The notes beneath the pieces were generated by a model. It ran no database searches. It was not told the origin of the DNA and saw nothing but the letters and a program-made list of their open reading frames with translations. From Kiritimatiellia bacterium (GTDB taxonomy: Bacteria > Verrucomicrobiota > Kiritimatiellia > RFP12 > UBA1067), in the NCBI GenBank assembly GCA_017395505.1, contig JAFPUH010000005.1, forward strand, positions 11,851 through 75,850: DNA of 64,000 nt, written 5' to 3'. Below, one piece after another: positions 54,794 to 64,000 of the stretch; position 1 is the first letter of the stretch; each line of letters starts with the position of its first letter. A program made the position numbers and the translations under genes.

Positions 54794-57256
54794 ATGGCAA
54801 GCGATAAGCCACTTTATTACGGTTCTTCATCTTCGTCGCCTTCCTATGGCGGTTCGCCCACGTACTACGGCAAGGGGCCGACCTATTACGGCGGCAAGAG
54901 CCCCGCATACTATGGCGGCGGACAGTATGGCGGCGGTCCGCAGTATGGCGGCGGCGGTGGTGCTGACGACGGCTCAATCGTAGGCACGATCACAATCGGA
55001 CGAATGCTTAGGGTCATTTCGCAGCGCTGGCTGTCGGTATTCGTGTTTCTTCTCGTGGGTCTTGTGATCGCATTTGCGGTGTACCGCATTTCCCCGACCA
55101 TCTACGAAGCCTCGAGCGAGTTCACGATGGATATTCGCCGCAGTTCTGGCGGCGCCGCAGGCCGAGGCGCCTTGGCCGAGGCCATGCCTGACTTCGGCAA
55201 CAACTATGCGGAAATCTTCAATACGCGCATATCCGCATGGCGCAGCGACAAGATAGTCACCAAGATCGTTCAGCAGTATCGAGCCAACCATCCAGCGTCC
55301 ACGGTTTCCGACGAGGAGATAATAGGCACTCTAGGCGGCTCGAAGCTCGAGCTTCAGCGCAATTCGCGAATAATCACGATAACGGTGCGTTCAAAGACGC
55401 CCGCCTTGGCTGCAGCGCTCGCCAATGCGTATGCCGAGGCAATTGAGGCTTTCACCGACGAGGAGAACAAGGTGCGTTGCGACAAGGCCGTCGCCAACAT
55501 CCACAGCAACGTCGAGAAGAAGCGCCGTGAGGTCGATAAGATTGCCAAGCAGCTGCTTGACTTCCGGACGGCCAACAAGGTGGACAATCTTCATTCGAGC
55601 CGCGATACGGTTCAGCAGGGTCTTCAGAAGACGACAACGGACATACTGGCGCTAGAGACGGAGGAGACCCAGCTTATAGAGTGGGAGAAGATGCTCGCCG
55701 CCGTCCAGCAAGATCCGGAGTCTTACGGCAACCTCTCAACCGGCGTTCCGCGCGCACAGGAGATTGCCACCGAATATCGTGCGTTCCAGGATGCCTCCAG
55801 TGAATATCAGAGTATTCTCGTTGCATTCACCGAAAACCATCCTGAGGTGATCGGCAAGAAGAAAACCCTCGAAATCGCCCGTCAGCGCTTCCTCGATGCG
55901 GCGCAGCGAGCTCTTCTTACAGGTCGCTCGATGCTCCAGGTCACGCGCAACCAGCTCGCGAACCTAAAGGCCAAGCAGGAGGATCTGCGCAATGAACTTG
56001 CGAGCGTTGAACAGAGAATCGTATTGGCAGAGTCCGGTCTTGGACAGCTTGATGCGGAGTTCGGAGTCGCGAACCGGGTTCTCGAAGGGCTGATAATGGA
56101 CGAGAACAAGGCTCGACTTGACGCCGAGTCGATAAACGAAATCATCACAGTCGGTCGCCCGGCGAACATTCCGACGAAGCCCGTGCTGCCCAACCCCGCG
56201 ATCATATTCGGCGCTGGTGTTGTGCTTTCGATTGCCTTTGGACTTCTCTTCGTGCTCGTCCTTGACAACCTCGAGGACACGGTCATCAACCTCGCCGACA
56301 TCGAGGGACGTCTTGCCCTCAAGGTTCTGGCCGTTCTGCCGCACGTTCGTCGCAAGAAGCGCGAGCAGGTGGCAAAGTTTCTTGTCGAAGACAAGTATTC
56401 GCAGTTCTCAGAGGCGGTTGCGGGACTTCGCAATCTGCTCGAGTCTCCACGCTACGAGTCGCTTTCGCGCTGCATGCTGGTGATTTCTACACAGCCTGGC
56501 GAAGGCAAGACGATCACATCGACCTCGATAGCCATCTCCTACGCGCAAACGGGCAAGAAGACGCTTCTTGCCGACTTCGACCTTCGCCGCCCCCGCGGAC
56601 TTAAGGTCTGGAATCTTGCGCTCACCAAGGAAAAGAGCCTTTCGCACGCATTGCAGCGAGCCAACGACGGCGAAGATATCGACTTCTCGTCGCTCGTCAA
56701 CAAGGTGGAGATCGACAATCTTGACGTGCTCTCCTCTCTGCCTCCCGAGGGGATCTCGCCCGCGACGATTCTTGGCTCCAGAATAGTGCCGGAGTTCTTC
56801 GAATGGGCCAGGGCGAACTACGACAAGATAATCATCGACTCGCCGCCGTTCGGTCTGGTGGGCGATGTGGTGTCTCTCGCGGTACTGGCGGATTCCGCCA
56901 TCATCATGTGCTGCCCCGACCGCACCCACTTCAAGCCTATCCAGTACTGCTCGCGCAGCCTTACCGAGGCCGGAGCCAACATACTTGGTGTGATCGTAAA
57001 CGACGTCGAGGTATCGACGGCTTCCGCGTTCAGCCCGTCTTCACATCGCCATCGTCACAAATATGGCTATGGCGGAGGTTACGGCTACGGAAAGGGCTAT
57101 GGTTATGGTTACGGCTATGGCTATGGTTATGGATATGGGTATGGATCAGGCTATGGTCCGCGCCGCAACAAGAAGAAGGATGATTCCACTACCGAGAAGA
57201 AGACGGATGAAGCTCATGCCGCCCAGGAAGCGGGGGGGGGGGGGACAACCCTCTGA
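54794..57256 (+). CDS. wzc: Wzc-type polysaccharide co-polymerase / tyrosine autokinase
   Basis: Two TMs, coiled coil, Walker A STQPGEGKT, A' LADFDLRRP, Walker B IIIDSPP, C-terminal (GY)n cluster. Confidence 0.88.
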   Translation: MASDKPLYYGSSSSSPSYGGSPTYYGKGPTYYGGKSPAYYGGGQYGGGPQYGGGGGADDGSIVGTITIGRMLRVISQRWLSVFVFLLVGLVIAFAVYRISPTIYEASSEFTMDIRRSSGGAAGRGALAEAMPDFGNNYAEIFNTRISAWRSDKIVTKIVQQYRANHPASTVSDEEIIGTLGGSKLELQRNSRIITITVRSKTPALAAALANAYAEAIEAFTDEENKVRCDKAVANIHSNVEKKRREVDKIAKQLLDFRTANKVDNLHSSRDTVQQGLQKTTTDILALETEETQLIEWEKMLAAVQQDPESYGNLSTGVPRAQEIATEYRAFQDASSEYQSILVAFTENHPEVIGKKKTLEIARQRFLDAAQRALLTGRSMLQVTRNQLANLKAKQEDLRNELASVEQRIVLAESGLGQLDAEFGVANRVLEGLIMDENKARLDAESINEIITVGRPANIPTKPVLPNPAIIFGAGVVLSIAFGLLFVLVLDNLEDTVINLADIEGRLALKVLAVLPHVRRKKREQVAKFLVEDKYSQFSEAVAGLRNLLESPRYESLSRCMLVISTQPGEGKTITSTSIAISYAQTGKKTLLADFDLRRPRGLKVWNLALTKEKSLSHALQRANDGEDIDFSSLVNKVEIDNLDVLSSLPPEGISPATILGSRIVPEFFEWARANYDKIIIDSPPFGLVGDVVSLAVLADSAIIMCCPDRTHFKPIQYCSRSLTEAGANILGVIVNDVEVSTASAFSPSSHRHRHKYGYGGGYGYGKGYGYGYGYGYGYGYGYGSGYGPRRNKKKDDSTTEKKTDEAHAAQEAGGGGTTL
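57232..57244 (+). repeat. Poly-G tract (G13) inside the wzc 3' end
   Basis: Thirteen consecutive G between GAAGC and ACAACC. Confidence 0.85.
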
Positions 57257-57318
57257 CGACAACGCCATGACGAGCAATCAAACGCCGCTTTTAGGATAAT
57301 CAAGAAAGGATCATTGTT

Positions 57319-58314
57319 ATGAATCAAGCAGAGAAGGAGCGCCTTGCCAAGGTCGGTAAGGTATTCAACGCCAAGAAGTACATACAGAACGAGATCGAAG
57401 CGATTCGCGCTCAGGTCGGCGACAAGAAGGTGTTGCTCGCGATGTCAGGCGGCGTCGACAGCTCCGTCTGCGCTGTGCTGCTGCATAAGGCGATAGGCAA
57501 GCAGCTTACGTGCGTCTTTGTAGATCATGGTTGCATGCGTCTCAACGAGGCGAAGGAAGTCAAGGCGGTGTTCAAGGGCAAGTTCGGCATCAACCTCATA
57601 CAGATCGACGCCGAGAAGCGCTTTCTCGACAAGGCGAAGGGCATTGTAGACCCCGAGCTGAAGCGCAAGTGCATCGGCGGTGAGTTCATCCGCGTCTTCG
57701 AGGAGGAGGCGAAGAAGCTTGGCAAGATCGAGTTCCTCGGACAGGGTACGATCTATCCGGACATCATAGAGTCCGGCGTTGGCGGACACAAGGCCGTCAA
57801 GGCACACCACAACGTTGGCGGGTTGCCCAAGGATATCGGCTTTGAGGGTCTGGTCGAGCCCGTGAAGTATCTCTACAAGGACGAGGTTCGCAAGGTCGGC
57901 AAGCTTCTCGGCATCCCCGAGGCGATGGTCATGCGCCAGCCGTTCCCCGGCCCTGGCCTCGCAGTCCGTTGTCTTGGCGAACTGACCAAGGAGAAGCTTG
58001 ATATCCTGCGCAAGGCCGATTTCATCTTCCGCGACGAGATGGCCAAGGCCAAGCTTGACAAGAAGGCGCAACAGTTCTTCGCCATCATGACGAACGTGAA
58101 GTCCGTAGGCGTGAAGAACGGCGCCCGCACCTTCGGCTATGTCATTGCCATTCGTGCAGTCTCCACGGCTCAGTTCGTAAAAGCTGGCATCGTAGAGCTG
58201 CCTTTCAAGTTCGTAACGATGGTCGCAGAGAAGATAGCGACCAAGGTTCCTGGCGTGAACCGCGTCGTCTGGGACATCACACCCAAGCCGCCTGCCACAA
58301 TCGAGTGGGAATGA
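57319..58314 (+). CDS. guaA: GMP synthase ATP-pyrophosphatase subunit only (no glutamine amidotransferase domain)
   Basis: AMSGGVDSSV, FVDHGCMR, PELKRKCIG, QGTIYPDIIES, KAHHNVGG, RQPFPGPGL, DITPKPPATIEWE; only ~35 aa precede the ATPPase core. Confidence 0.88.
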   Translation: MNQAEKERLAKVGKVFNAKKYIQNEIEAIRAQVGDKKVLLAMSGGVDSSVCAVLLHKAIGKQLTCVFVDHGCMRLNEAKEVKAVFKGKFGINLIQIDAEKRFLDKAKGIVDPELKRKCIGGEFIRVFEEEAKKLGKIEFLGQGTIYPDIIESGVGGHKAVKAHHNVGGLPKDIGFEGLVEPVKYLYKDEVRKVGKLLGIPEAMVMRQPFPGPGLAVRCLGELTKEKLDILRKADFIFRDEMAKAKLDKKAQQFFAIMTNVKSVGVKNGARTFGYVIAIRAVSTAQFVKAGIVELPFKFVTMVAEKIATKVPGVNRVVWDITPKPPATIEWE

Positions 58315-58318
58315 TGGC

Positions 58319-59254
58319 GTGAAGCGCGTCTTCATAGACGGCTCGGCCGGTACGACCGGACTCAGGATTCGCGAGCGGATTTCGGCCCGCTCTGACCTTG
58401 AGCCGGTCGTCCTGCCAGAAGAACTTCGCAAGGACGTCTCTGCCCGTAGAGACGCGCTCAACTCTGCCGACATAGCCTTTCTTTGCCTGCCAGATGCAGC
58501 CGCAATCGAGGCCGTTTCCCTCGTTGAGAACCCGGATACCGTAATAATCGATACCTCTACAGCCCATCGTACAGCCGACGGCTGGGAGTACGGCTTTCCT
58601 GAGCTTGCTGGGCGGCGCGAGCGGATCGCATCCGCCAGGCGTATCGCAAATCCCGGATGCCATGCAAGCGGGTTTATTGCACTGGTGGAGCCGCTTGTAC
58701 GTGCGGGTCTCATTTCCTCGGATGTTACACTTTCCGCCTTTTCGCTAACCGGATATTCCGGTGGCGGAAAGAAGATGATTGCCGATTACGATTCGCGACT
58801 GGCGGTCAAGGATCAGGTCTACCTTGGTGGTCGCCAATATGCCCTTGGCCAGACGCACAAGCACCTTCCTGAGATGCTAAAGGTCTGCAATCTTAATGTT
58901 TCGCCTGCGTTTTGTCCCATAATTGTGCCGCACTTCAGCGGCATGGAGACTACCGTCACGCTTTTCGCCCGCGACTTGAATGGATCTCCGACCGACGTTC
59001 GCAGGGTGTATTCTGAACTTTACCGCAACAACGGGCTCGTCCGTTATGTTGATGATCCTTCGGAATCCGGCGTGCTCTCATCCGCCGCGCTTTCCGGTCG
59101 CGACGACATGGAGGTGTCCGTCTACGGCAATGACGAGAGGATCCTGCTTGTAGCCCGATTCGACAATCTTGGCAAGGGTGCCAGTGGCGCAGCCATCCAG
59201 AACATGAACCTTGCGCTAGGCAGCTCTGAAACCTCTGGCCTCGTCAGTAGCTAG
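58319..59254 (+). CDS. argC: N-acetyl-gamma-glutamyl-phosphate reductase (type 2)
   Basis: VFIDGSAGTTGL, IDTSTAHR, IANPGCHASGF, GYSGGGK, DNLGKGASGAAIQNMN. Confidence 0.93.
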   Translation: MKRVFIDGSAGTTGLRIRERISARSDLEPVVLPEELRKDVSARRDALNSADIAFLCLPDAAAIEAVSLVENPDTVIIDTSTAHRTADGWEYGFPELAGRRERIASARRIANPGCHASGFIALVEPLVRAGLISSDVTLSAFSLTGYSGGGKKMIADYDSRLAVKDQVYLGGRQYALGQTHKHLPEMLKVCNLNVSPAFCPIIVPHFSGMETTVTLFARDLNGSPTDVRRVYSELYRNNGLVRYVDDPSESGVLSSAALSGRDDMEVSVYGNDERILLVARFDNLGKGASGAAIQNMNLALGSSETSGLVSS

Positions 59255-59319
59255 AGAATCCTTATTGCGGCCTGTGCGGCGAATATGGTATAATATCGCC
59301 AGTTCAACAGGAGGAACGA

Positions 59320-60456
59320 ATGATGAAACGACTGATTGCATTTGCGGCAGCCGTGCTTTCGGGCATGGCTTTCGCACAGCAGACATATACGACCACATCT
59401 ACGACTGTGGTGAAAAATGTCGTCACGACAATCGTTGAGCAGGTGACTTGGGAAGAGCCAAACACCGATCTCAAGACAATTGCGGTGTTCGTGCAGAACC
59501 GCACCAACGTGCCGGGCATGGACGATGAGGTCGATGGCGTGCGCGATCGTCTCGCGGCAGCCTTTGCAGAGATTGATGGCTTCGCTGTGATGGATTCCGC
59601 GCAGGTGGCGGATACGTTCCGTCGCTACAAGGTGACGGTCGCTGAGGAGAAGGCCGATGTCTATTCAGGTATCTTCAGCGGCGGCTCAGTGCCGCGCGTC
59701 GCCCAGATGCTCAACTGCGACTATGTTGCCGCCGCGACGATCGTCAACGCGGGATCAATGCGCCGCAACATGGGCGGACGGCTCAGCACCGTATACACGC
59801 TTCGCATGACGCTGAAGATAATGGATTCCACTGGCGCTAGCGTGGACGGCATGCCTACGTGGGTTCGCCAGTATCCCGTGCTTGATGCGGGCGACGACCC
59901 GATGAACTTTTATCAGATCCTATTTGACCAGTGGGCGGGCGAGGTGACGTCCATCGTGGCGCAGAAGTCCGTCAAATGGCGCAAGCCCAAGTCGCTGGCC
60001 TCGAACCTCGTTAATTTCCACGTGTCGACGACAATCGACGAGACTATCGCCGAACTTGAGAGCCAGACGAAGGGCACAAGCGGCGAAATGCTTCTGGAAT
60101 TGCGCAGGGTTGTTGGCGGCGCTACCGTCGAAATCGATGGTGCCGTCATAGGTTCGGCACCCGGCGACTTCCAGGTTTCTCCTGGACTGCACCAGCTTCG
60201 CGTTACACGCGAGTGGATGACGCCCTACACGGCCACTGTCAACATTCAGGACGGCACGTCCCTCAAGGTCGCGCTTGAGATGAGCGATGATGGCCTTGCG
60301 AAGTGGGGTAGCACCGAGGCTCTCAGGGCCGACCTCGCACGCCGTTACGCAGACGCCGCCCGTGAGCGCAACGTAAAGATGAACGTGAACGTCGATACCA
60401 CCAACTGGCGCGATGTCGGCTCAGGCGCTTCAACGCTGCGCGTGATAAAGGAGTGA
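59320..60456 (+). CDS. Secreted PEGA-domain protein with N-terminal CsgG/TolB-N-like domain
   Basis: Signal peptide; IAVFVQN; ATVEIDGAVIGSAPGDFQVSPGLHQLRVTREW (PEGA); AGGAGG Shine-Dalgarno. Confidence 0.65.
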   Translation: MMKRLIAFAAAVLSGMAFAQQTYTTTSTTVVKNVVTTIVEQVTWEEPNTDLKTIAVFVQNRTNVPGMDDEVDGVRDRLAAAFAEIDGFAVMDSAQVADTFRRYKVTVAEEKADVYSGIFSGGSVPRVAQMLNCDYVAAATIVNAGSMRRNMGGRLSTVYTLRMTLKIMDSTGASVDGMPTWVRQYPVLDAGDDPMNFYQILFDQWAGEVTSIVAQKSVKWRKPKSLASNLVNFHVSTTIDETIAELESQTKGTSGEMLLELRRVVGGATVEIDGAVIGSAPGDFQVSPGLHQLRVTREWMTPYTATVNIQDGTSLKVALEMSDDGLAKWGSTEALRADLARRYADAARERNVKMNVNVDTTNWRDVGSGASTLRVIKE

Positions 60457-60463
60457 CCCGGCG

Positions 60464-61849
60464 TTGCGTCGTTTCGGTATAGCGCTGATCGGATTTGCCG
60501 CCCTCGCTGTGGGTGGATGCGTCACCGTCGACGAGGATGCCCGCGACGCAATCAATGCGCTCAACTCAGGCAACGACGCCAAGGCGGTCGAGTGGAGCGG
60601 CGAGCTTGCCGACAAGAGCCACTATTCGCGCAACCTTGGTGCGGTCGAAGCTGGCCGCGTCAACATGCTAGCCGGCAACTACTCCGTCAGTGAGGTTCGC
60701 TTCAGGAACGCCGTCGACTCTGCCGTCGACCGCAGCGAGGCAGCGCCTAAGATGAAGGCGAGCGACCTTGCCAACACGGCGCTCGCCTCTACGGTAACCG
60801 ACGATCGTACCCGCCAATACTACCTGCCGCCGTATGAGATCAACCTTGCGATAGAGTACGGAATCGTCGTACAGGCTCTGAATGGCAAGGTAGACGACGC
60901 TCTCGTCGACGCCAGACTCGCGGTGTATGTGCAGGACACTATCGCCGAGACGTATGGCGCCGATCTTGCGAAAGATGGCGAAGGTGGCACCGCCACAACC
61001 CGTAAGGTGATTGACGAGCAAGGCAAGGCGCTGGAGGAGATGATCGCAGCCACGCGCAATTCGTGGGAGAATCCCGTGTTGTGGTGGCTGACCGGCGTCC
61101 TGTTCGAGGCCGACGGCCAGGTGGACATGGCGCTTCAGAGCTACCGCAAGGCGGCTGCAATAAGGCCCGACAATGCTGTCTTCAAGTCAGATTCAGCCAG
61201 AAGCGAGCAGCAGCTTGCGCTGTCGCCTGGCAAGGCCAAGCTCGTGATAGTCTACGAACAGGGCTTCGTTCCCCGTCGCGAGTCGCTGAAGGTTCTTATT
61301 CCGCTGTATACAGGCTTCACCATCGACATTCCGCAGTATCCCGAAAACAGCTTTGCGTACGACAACGTATCCGTGAGCGGCAGCTCGAACGCTCCCGTGG
61401 CGGCGTCGCCCGCGCTTGACGTGAGGTCTCTCGCCGCGAGGGATCTCAAGGAAAAGCTGCCTGGCGTGATTATACGCAACGTGACGCGCGCTGCTGTTCA
61501 GGCCGGAGCCCAAGCCGCCGTCAACGCATCCGGCAACGACTATGCGAAGATTGGGGTCTTTGCCGCCAATCTCGTCGTATCCGCCCTGCGTCGCGCCGAT
61601 ACCAGGAGCTGGGTTACGCTGCCTGTTGCGCAGCAGGTCTGGCGCGACGGTGAAATGGCTCCCGGGGTGTATGACGTCGCAATCCACGTCAACGGAAGAA
61701 AGACGGTGGCTCGTGTTCCGCTGGCTGCGGGCGAGACGCGTCTTCTCTGGCTCGCCAACACAGGCGGTACATTGCGCGGCGCTTCCGCGTCCGTGGGCGG
61801 CAGGGGTTCGGCGCCGACCGATTTGAATGGCAAGGAGATAAACAGATGA
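60464..61849 (+). CDS. COG3014-like TPR lipoprotein
   Basis: Lipobox VGGC; YYLPPYE; VYEQGFVPRR; ADTRSWVTLP; lies upstream of ycfL/lpoB-like genes. Confidence 0.75.
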   Translation: MRRFGIALIGFAALAVGGCVTVDEDARDAINALNSGNDAKAVEWSGELADKSHYSRNLGAVEAGRVNMLAGNYSVSEVRFRNAVDSAVDRSEAAPKMKASDLANTALASTVTDDRTRQYYLPPYEINLAIEYGIVVQALNGKVDDALVDARLAVYVQDTIAETYGADLAKDGEGGTATTRKVIDEQGKALEEMIAATRNSWENPVLWWLTGVLFEADGQVDMALQSYRKAAAIRPDNAVFKSDSARSEQQLALSPGKAKLVIVYEQGFVPRRESLKVLIPLYTGFTIDIPQYPENSFAYDNVSVSGSSNAPVAASPALDVRSLAARDLKEKLPGVIIRNVTRAAVQAGAQAAVNASGNDYAKIGVFAANLVVSALRRADTRSWVTLPVAQQVWRDGEMAPGVYDVAIHVNGRKTVARVPLAAGETRLLWLANTGGTLRGASASVGGRGSAPTDLNGKEINR

Positions 61850-62253
61850 AACTGAAAACAATCATGCTCGCGGCGATCGCCGCCGCTTTCGCAGGATGCG
61901 TCGAAACAGCCGGCACTCGCGTGTCGATAGATACCCGCACTGGAGACGCTTCGGTGCTCGAGAGCTCGACAAGGCTCGCCAACCGAGTCAGGGTCGTCGG
62001 AGTCTCGTATGACGATGTATCCGGCATAAAGAAGGCCACGGTCACGCTTGAGTCGCTCAGCCATAAGCGCCAGGAGCTTCAGGCGCGCATGGTGTGGATG
62101 GACGCAGACGGCGCAGAGGTAGACGCCGACGGCAAGCCGTTCCGCGCTATAGTGCTTGATGGCATGGATGTGACGACATTTACCGGCATGGCACCGAATC
62201 CCAAGTGCGTCAAGGCGAGGCTGCAGCTTCGCGAGACTGACACAGCACAGTAA
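61846..62253 (+). CDS. YcfL/DUF1425-like lipoprotein
   Basis: Lipobox FAGC; WMDADGAEV; APNPKCVKARL. Confidence 0.75.
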   Translation: MKLKTIMLAAIAAAFAGCVETAGTRVSIDTRTGDASVLESSTRLANRVRVVGVSYDDVSGIKKATVTLESLSHKRQELQARMVWMDADGAEVDADGKPFRAIVLDGMDVTTFTGMAPNPKCVKARLQLRETDTAQ

Positions 62254-62277
62254 CGATTTAGTGAAAGGACACAGATA

Positions 62278-62868
62278 ATGAAGTACATGGCAATTGGCTG
62301 CGCCGCTATGGCGGCGATGCTCTGCGGATGCGCCACCACGGTCGCCCGCGAAACCCAGCTCGACCGCAAGGCTATGACGGCTGCGCTTGAACCCCAGGAC
62401 GTGCGCCGCACGGTTGAGAAGATGGTTGATTCGATGCTGCAGGATCAGGAGTTCATCGCTGAAGTCGGCGGTGACCGTCCCGTGTTGGATATCTCCGGCA
62501 TCAAGAACCGCTCGTCGATGCACCTGGACATGGCCTCGATAACGGACTCGATCCGCACGAAGCTCATTCGCTCGCGCAAGTTCCGCTTCATGGATCGCAC
62601 GACGTCGGCCGACGATCTCGAGTTCATGAACGACCAGGCGCTGAACGGTCTCACCGATCAGTCGAAGGCGATACAAGCCGGCCAGCAGTCCGCTGCCCAG
62701 ATGTATCTCTATGGCGCTCTGAGCGAGATGCGTCAGCAGTCGAACGGAGTCACCGACCGCTACTACAAGTTCACGCTGAACCTGAAGGATCTCCGCACGG
62801 GCGAGATAATCTGGACCGACGAGCAGGAGATCCGCAAGCAGCAGGAGCGCTCGACATTTGGTCTCTGA
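62278..62868 (+). CDS. lpoB: Penicillin-binding protein activator LpoB-like lipoprotein
   Basis: Lipobox LCGC; IKNRSSMHLD; ITDSIRTKLIRSRKFRF; LKDLRTGEIIWTDEQEIRK. Confidence 0.78.
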   Translation: MKYMAIGCAAMAAMLCGCATTVARETQLDRKAMTAALEPQDVRRTVEKMVDSMLQDQEFIAEVGGDRPVLDISGIKNRSSMHLDMASITDSIRTKLIRSRKFRFMDRTTSADDLEFMNDQALNGLTDQSKAIQAGQQSAAQMYLYGALSEMRQQSNGVTDRYYKFTLNLKDLRTGEIIWTDEQEIRKQQERSTFGL

Positions 62869-62869
62869 T

Positions 62870-63304
62870 ATGGAAAACCGCCTAGTAGTGCATACCGCCA
62901 GGCTTGACCAGGAAGGTGAGACGCTCGAAGGCGAGGTCGATATCATCGACCTCGACGAGGAGTTCGTCAAGCCGTTTGGCGGGGTGCGCTACCGTCTGAC
63001 CGCGCAGCTGTTCGGCACCGAACTGCTTGTGCGCGGGCGCCTCGAGCAGGATTTCGACCTTGTATGCAGCCGTTGTGGCAAGGATTTCGACACCACGGTA
63101 AAGGTGGACGATTTCACCTTTTCAGCGGCTGTCGAGGAAAATCAGCAGGAGGTCGATTTGACGGCGGACGCAAGAGAGAGTATAATACTTACCTTACCGA
63201 CTTACCCGGTCTGTGATGAAGCATGTCCAGGAATCGAGCAGAAGGCGGATGACAAGCCGCATTTTGACGATCGTTGGGGGGCTTTGGACGGGTTGAAGGT
63301 ATAA
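62870..63304 (+). CDS. yceD: YceD/DUF177 family protein
   Basis: CSRCGK, VDLTADARESIIL, PVCDEACPG, DDRWGALDGL; directly upstream of rpmF. Confidence 0.85.
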   Translation: MENRLVVHTARLDQEGETLEGEVDIIDLDEEFVKPFGGVRYRLTAQLFGTELLVRGRLEQDFDLVCSRCGKDFDTTVKVDDFTFSAAVEENQQEVDLTADARESIILTLPTYPVCDEACPGIEQKADDKPHFDDRWGALDGLKV

Positions 63305-63339
63305 CTTTGAACGAAAAAGAAAGCTGAAGGAGAAGAAAC

Positions 63340-63522
63340 ATGGCAAGTCCTAAGAACAGAGTGTCGAAGATGCGCAAGCGCCAGCGTGTGGCCTCGCTCG
63401 AGAAGCCCATTCTCGCGCAGGTTTCCACATGCCCTGCCTGCGGTGCGGCCGTCCGCTCGCACCGTGCGTGCCCGAAGTGCGGCACGTACAAAGGCCGTAA
63501 GGTTGCAGCCGCCGCGGAGTGA
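63340..63522 (+). CDS. rpmF: 50S ribosomal protein L32
   Basis: MASPKNRVSKMRKRQR...CPACG...HRACPKCGTYKG. Confidence 0.95.
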   Translation: MASPKNRVSKMRKRQRVASLEKPILAQVSTCPACGAAVRSHRACPKCGTYKGRKVAAAAE

Positions 63523-63602
63523 TTCCGCGCGGTTGCACTCTAAGTCCGGCGGCGTGTCCGCCTTGTTCCGAACCAACTGACTGAAGATGGGAGGTTTACA
63601 AA

Positions 63603-64000
63603 ATGACACGTATTGCACTTGATGCGATGGGTGGCGACAACGCGCCCGGAGAAATCGTCGTGGGTGCGGTGGAGTCTGCCGCCATGATCCCTGACGTGAA
63701 GATCCTGCTTGTCGGCCAGCTCGCGCCGATTCAAGCGGAGCTCGACAAGCTACCTCGCGATCTCAAGGCGGCCGCGCAGAAGGCTATGGAGAACGGCACT
63801 CTCGAAATTGTGCACGCTCCCGACATCGCCGAGATGGATGAGACACCTGTTGATGCCGTCCGCAAGAAAAAGGACTGCTCGATCAACGTTGCGATGCGCC
63901 TCGTCAAAGAGGGCCGTGCCGATGCTTTCGTCTCGGCCGGCAACTCGGGTGCAGTCGCCACAAGCGCGATACTCAATTTGGGCCGCATACCGGGCGTTAA
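63603..64000 (+). CDS. plsX: Phosphate acyltransferase PlsX, 3'-partial
   Basis: Read by hand (absent from the ORF track): MTRIALDAMGGDNAP...AVRKKKDCSINVAMRLVKEGRADAFVSAGNSGA. Confidence 0.92.
   Translation, partial: MTRIALDAMGGDNAPGEIVVGAVESAAMIPDVKILLVGQLAPIQAELDKLPRDLKAAAQKAMENGTLEIVHAPDIAEMDETPVDAVRKKKDCSINVAMRLVKEGRADAFVSAGNSGAVATSAILNLGRIPGV

Noticed and set aside
59320-62868. COG3014-YcfL-LpoB lipoprotein cluster as a new system
   Set aside because: This is an already recognised conserved cluster in other Gram-negative bacteria; only the PEGA gene is additional.

Overview
This is a GC-rich bacterial chromosomal segment, mostly housekeeping and envelope genes, with no integrase, transposase or CRISPR seen. 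Gene content and protein style suggest a PVC-superphylum gut anaerobe, possibly Kiritimatiellae-like (inference only). Core genes are pdp (partial), rsmI, psd, tRNA-Val(CAC), ilvC, a ftsH-cdaA-miniCdaR-ftsK-rodZ-like-nagB run on the minus strand, ssrA (tag ANSDYALAA), guaA without its GATase domain, argC, a COG3014/YcfL/LpoB cluster, yceD-rpmF and plsX (partial). Two GH20 hexosaminidases, a sialidase and two sulfatases point to glycan foraging. An AT-richer accessory stretch (~22.9-34.2 kb) holds a 1.9k-aa secreted protein, an M48 lipoprotein, a TM-TPR protein, an ~800-bp non-coding region with helically phased repeats (7x22 bp, palindromic) and an ORF6N protein. The best candidate for an undescribed system is a tightly coupled operon at 39013-50368. 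It encodes a DUF2723/TMEM260-like glycosyltransferase, an unknown membrane protein, a PKS ketosynthase lacking its catalytic Cys and first His, an AT-DH-PPTase fusion in which AT and DH have lost their catalytic residues but the PPTase motifs are intact, a compact lysine 2,3-aminomutase-like radical SAM enzyme and an acyl-CoA synthetase. A Wza/beta-barrel/Wzy-like/Wzc export locus follows immediately, and its kinase has Tyr clusters at both termini. All calls come from motif reading by eye; no searches were run.
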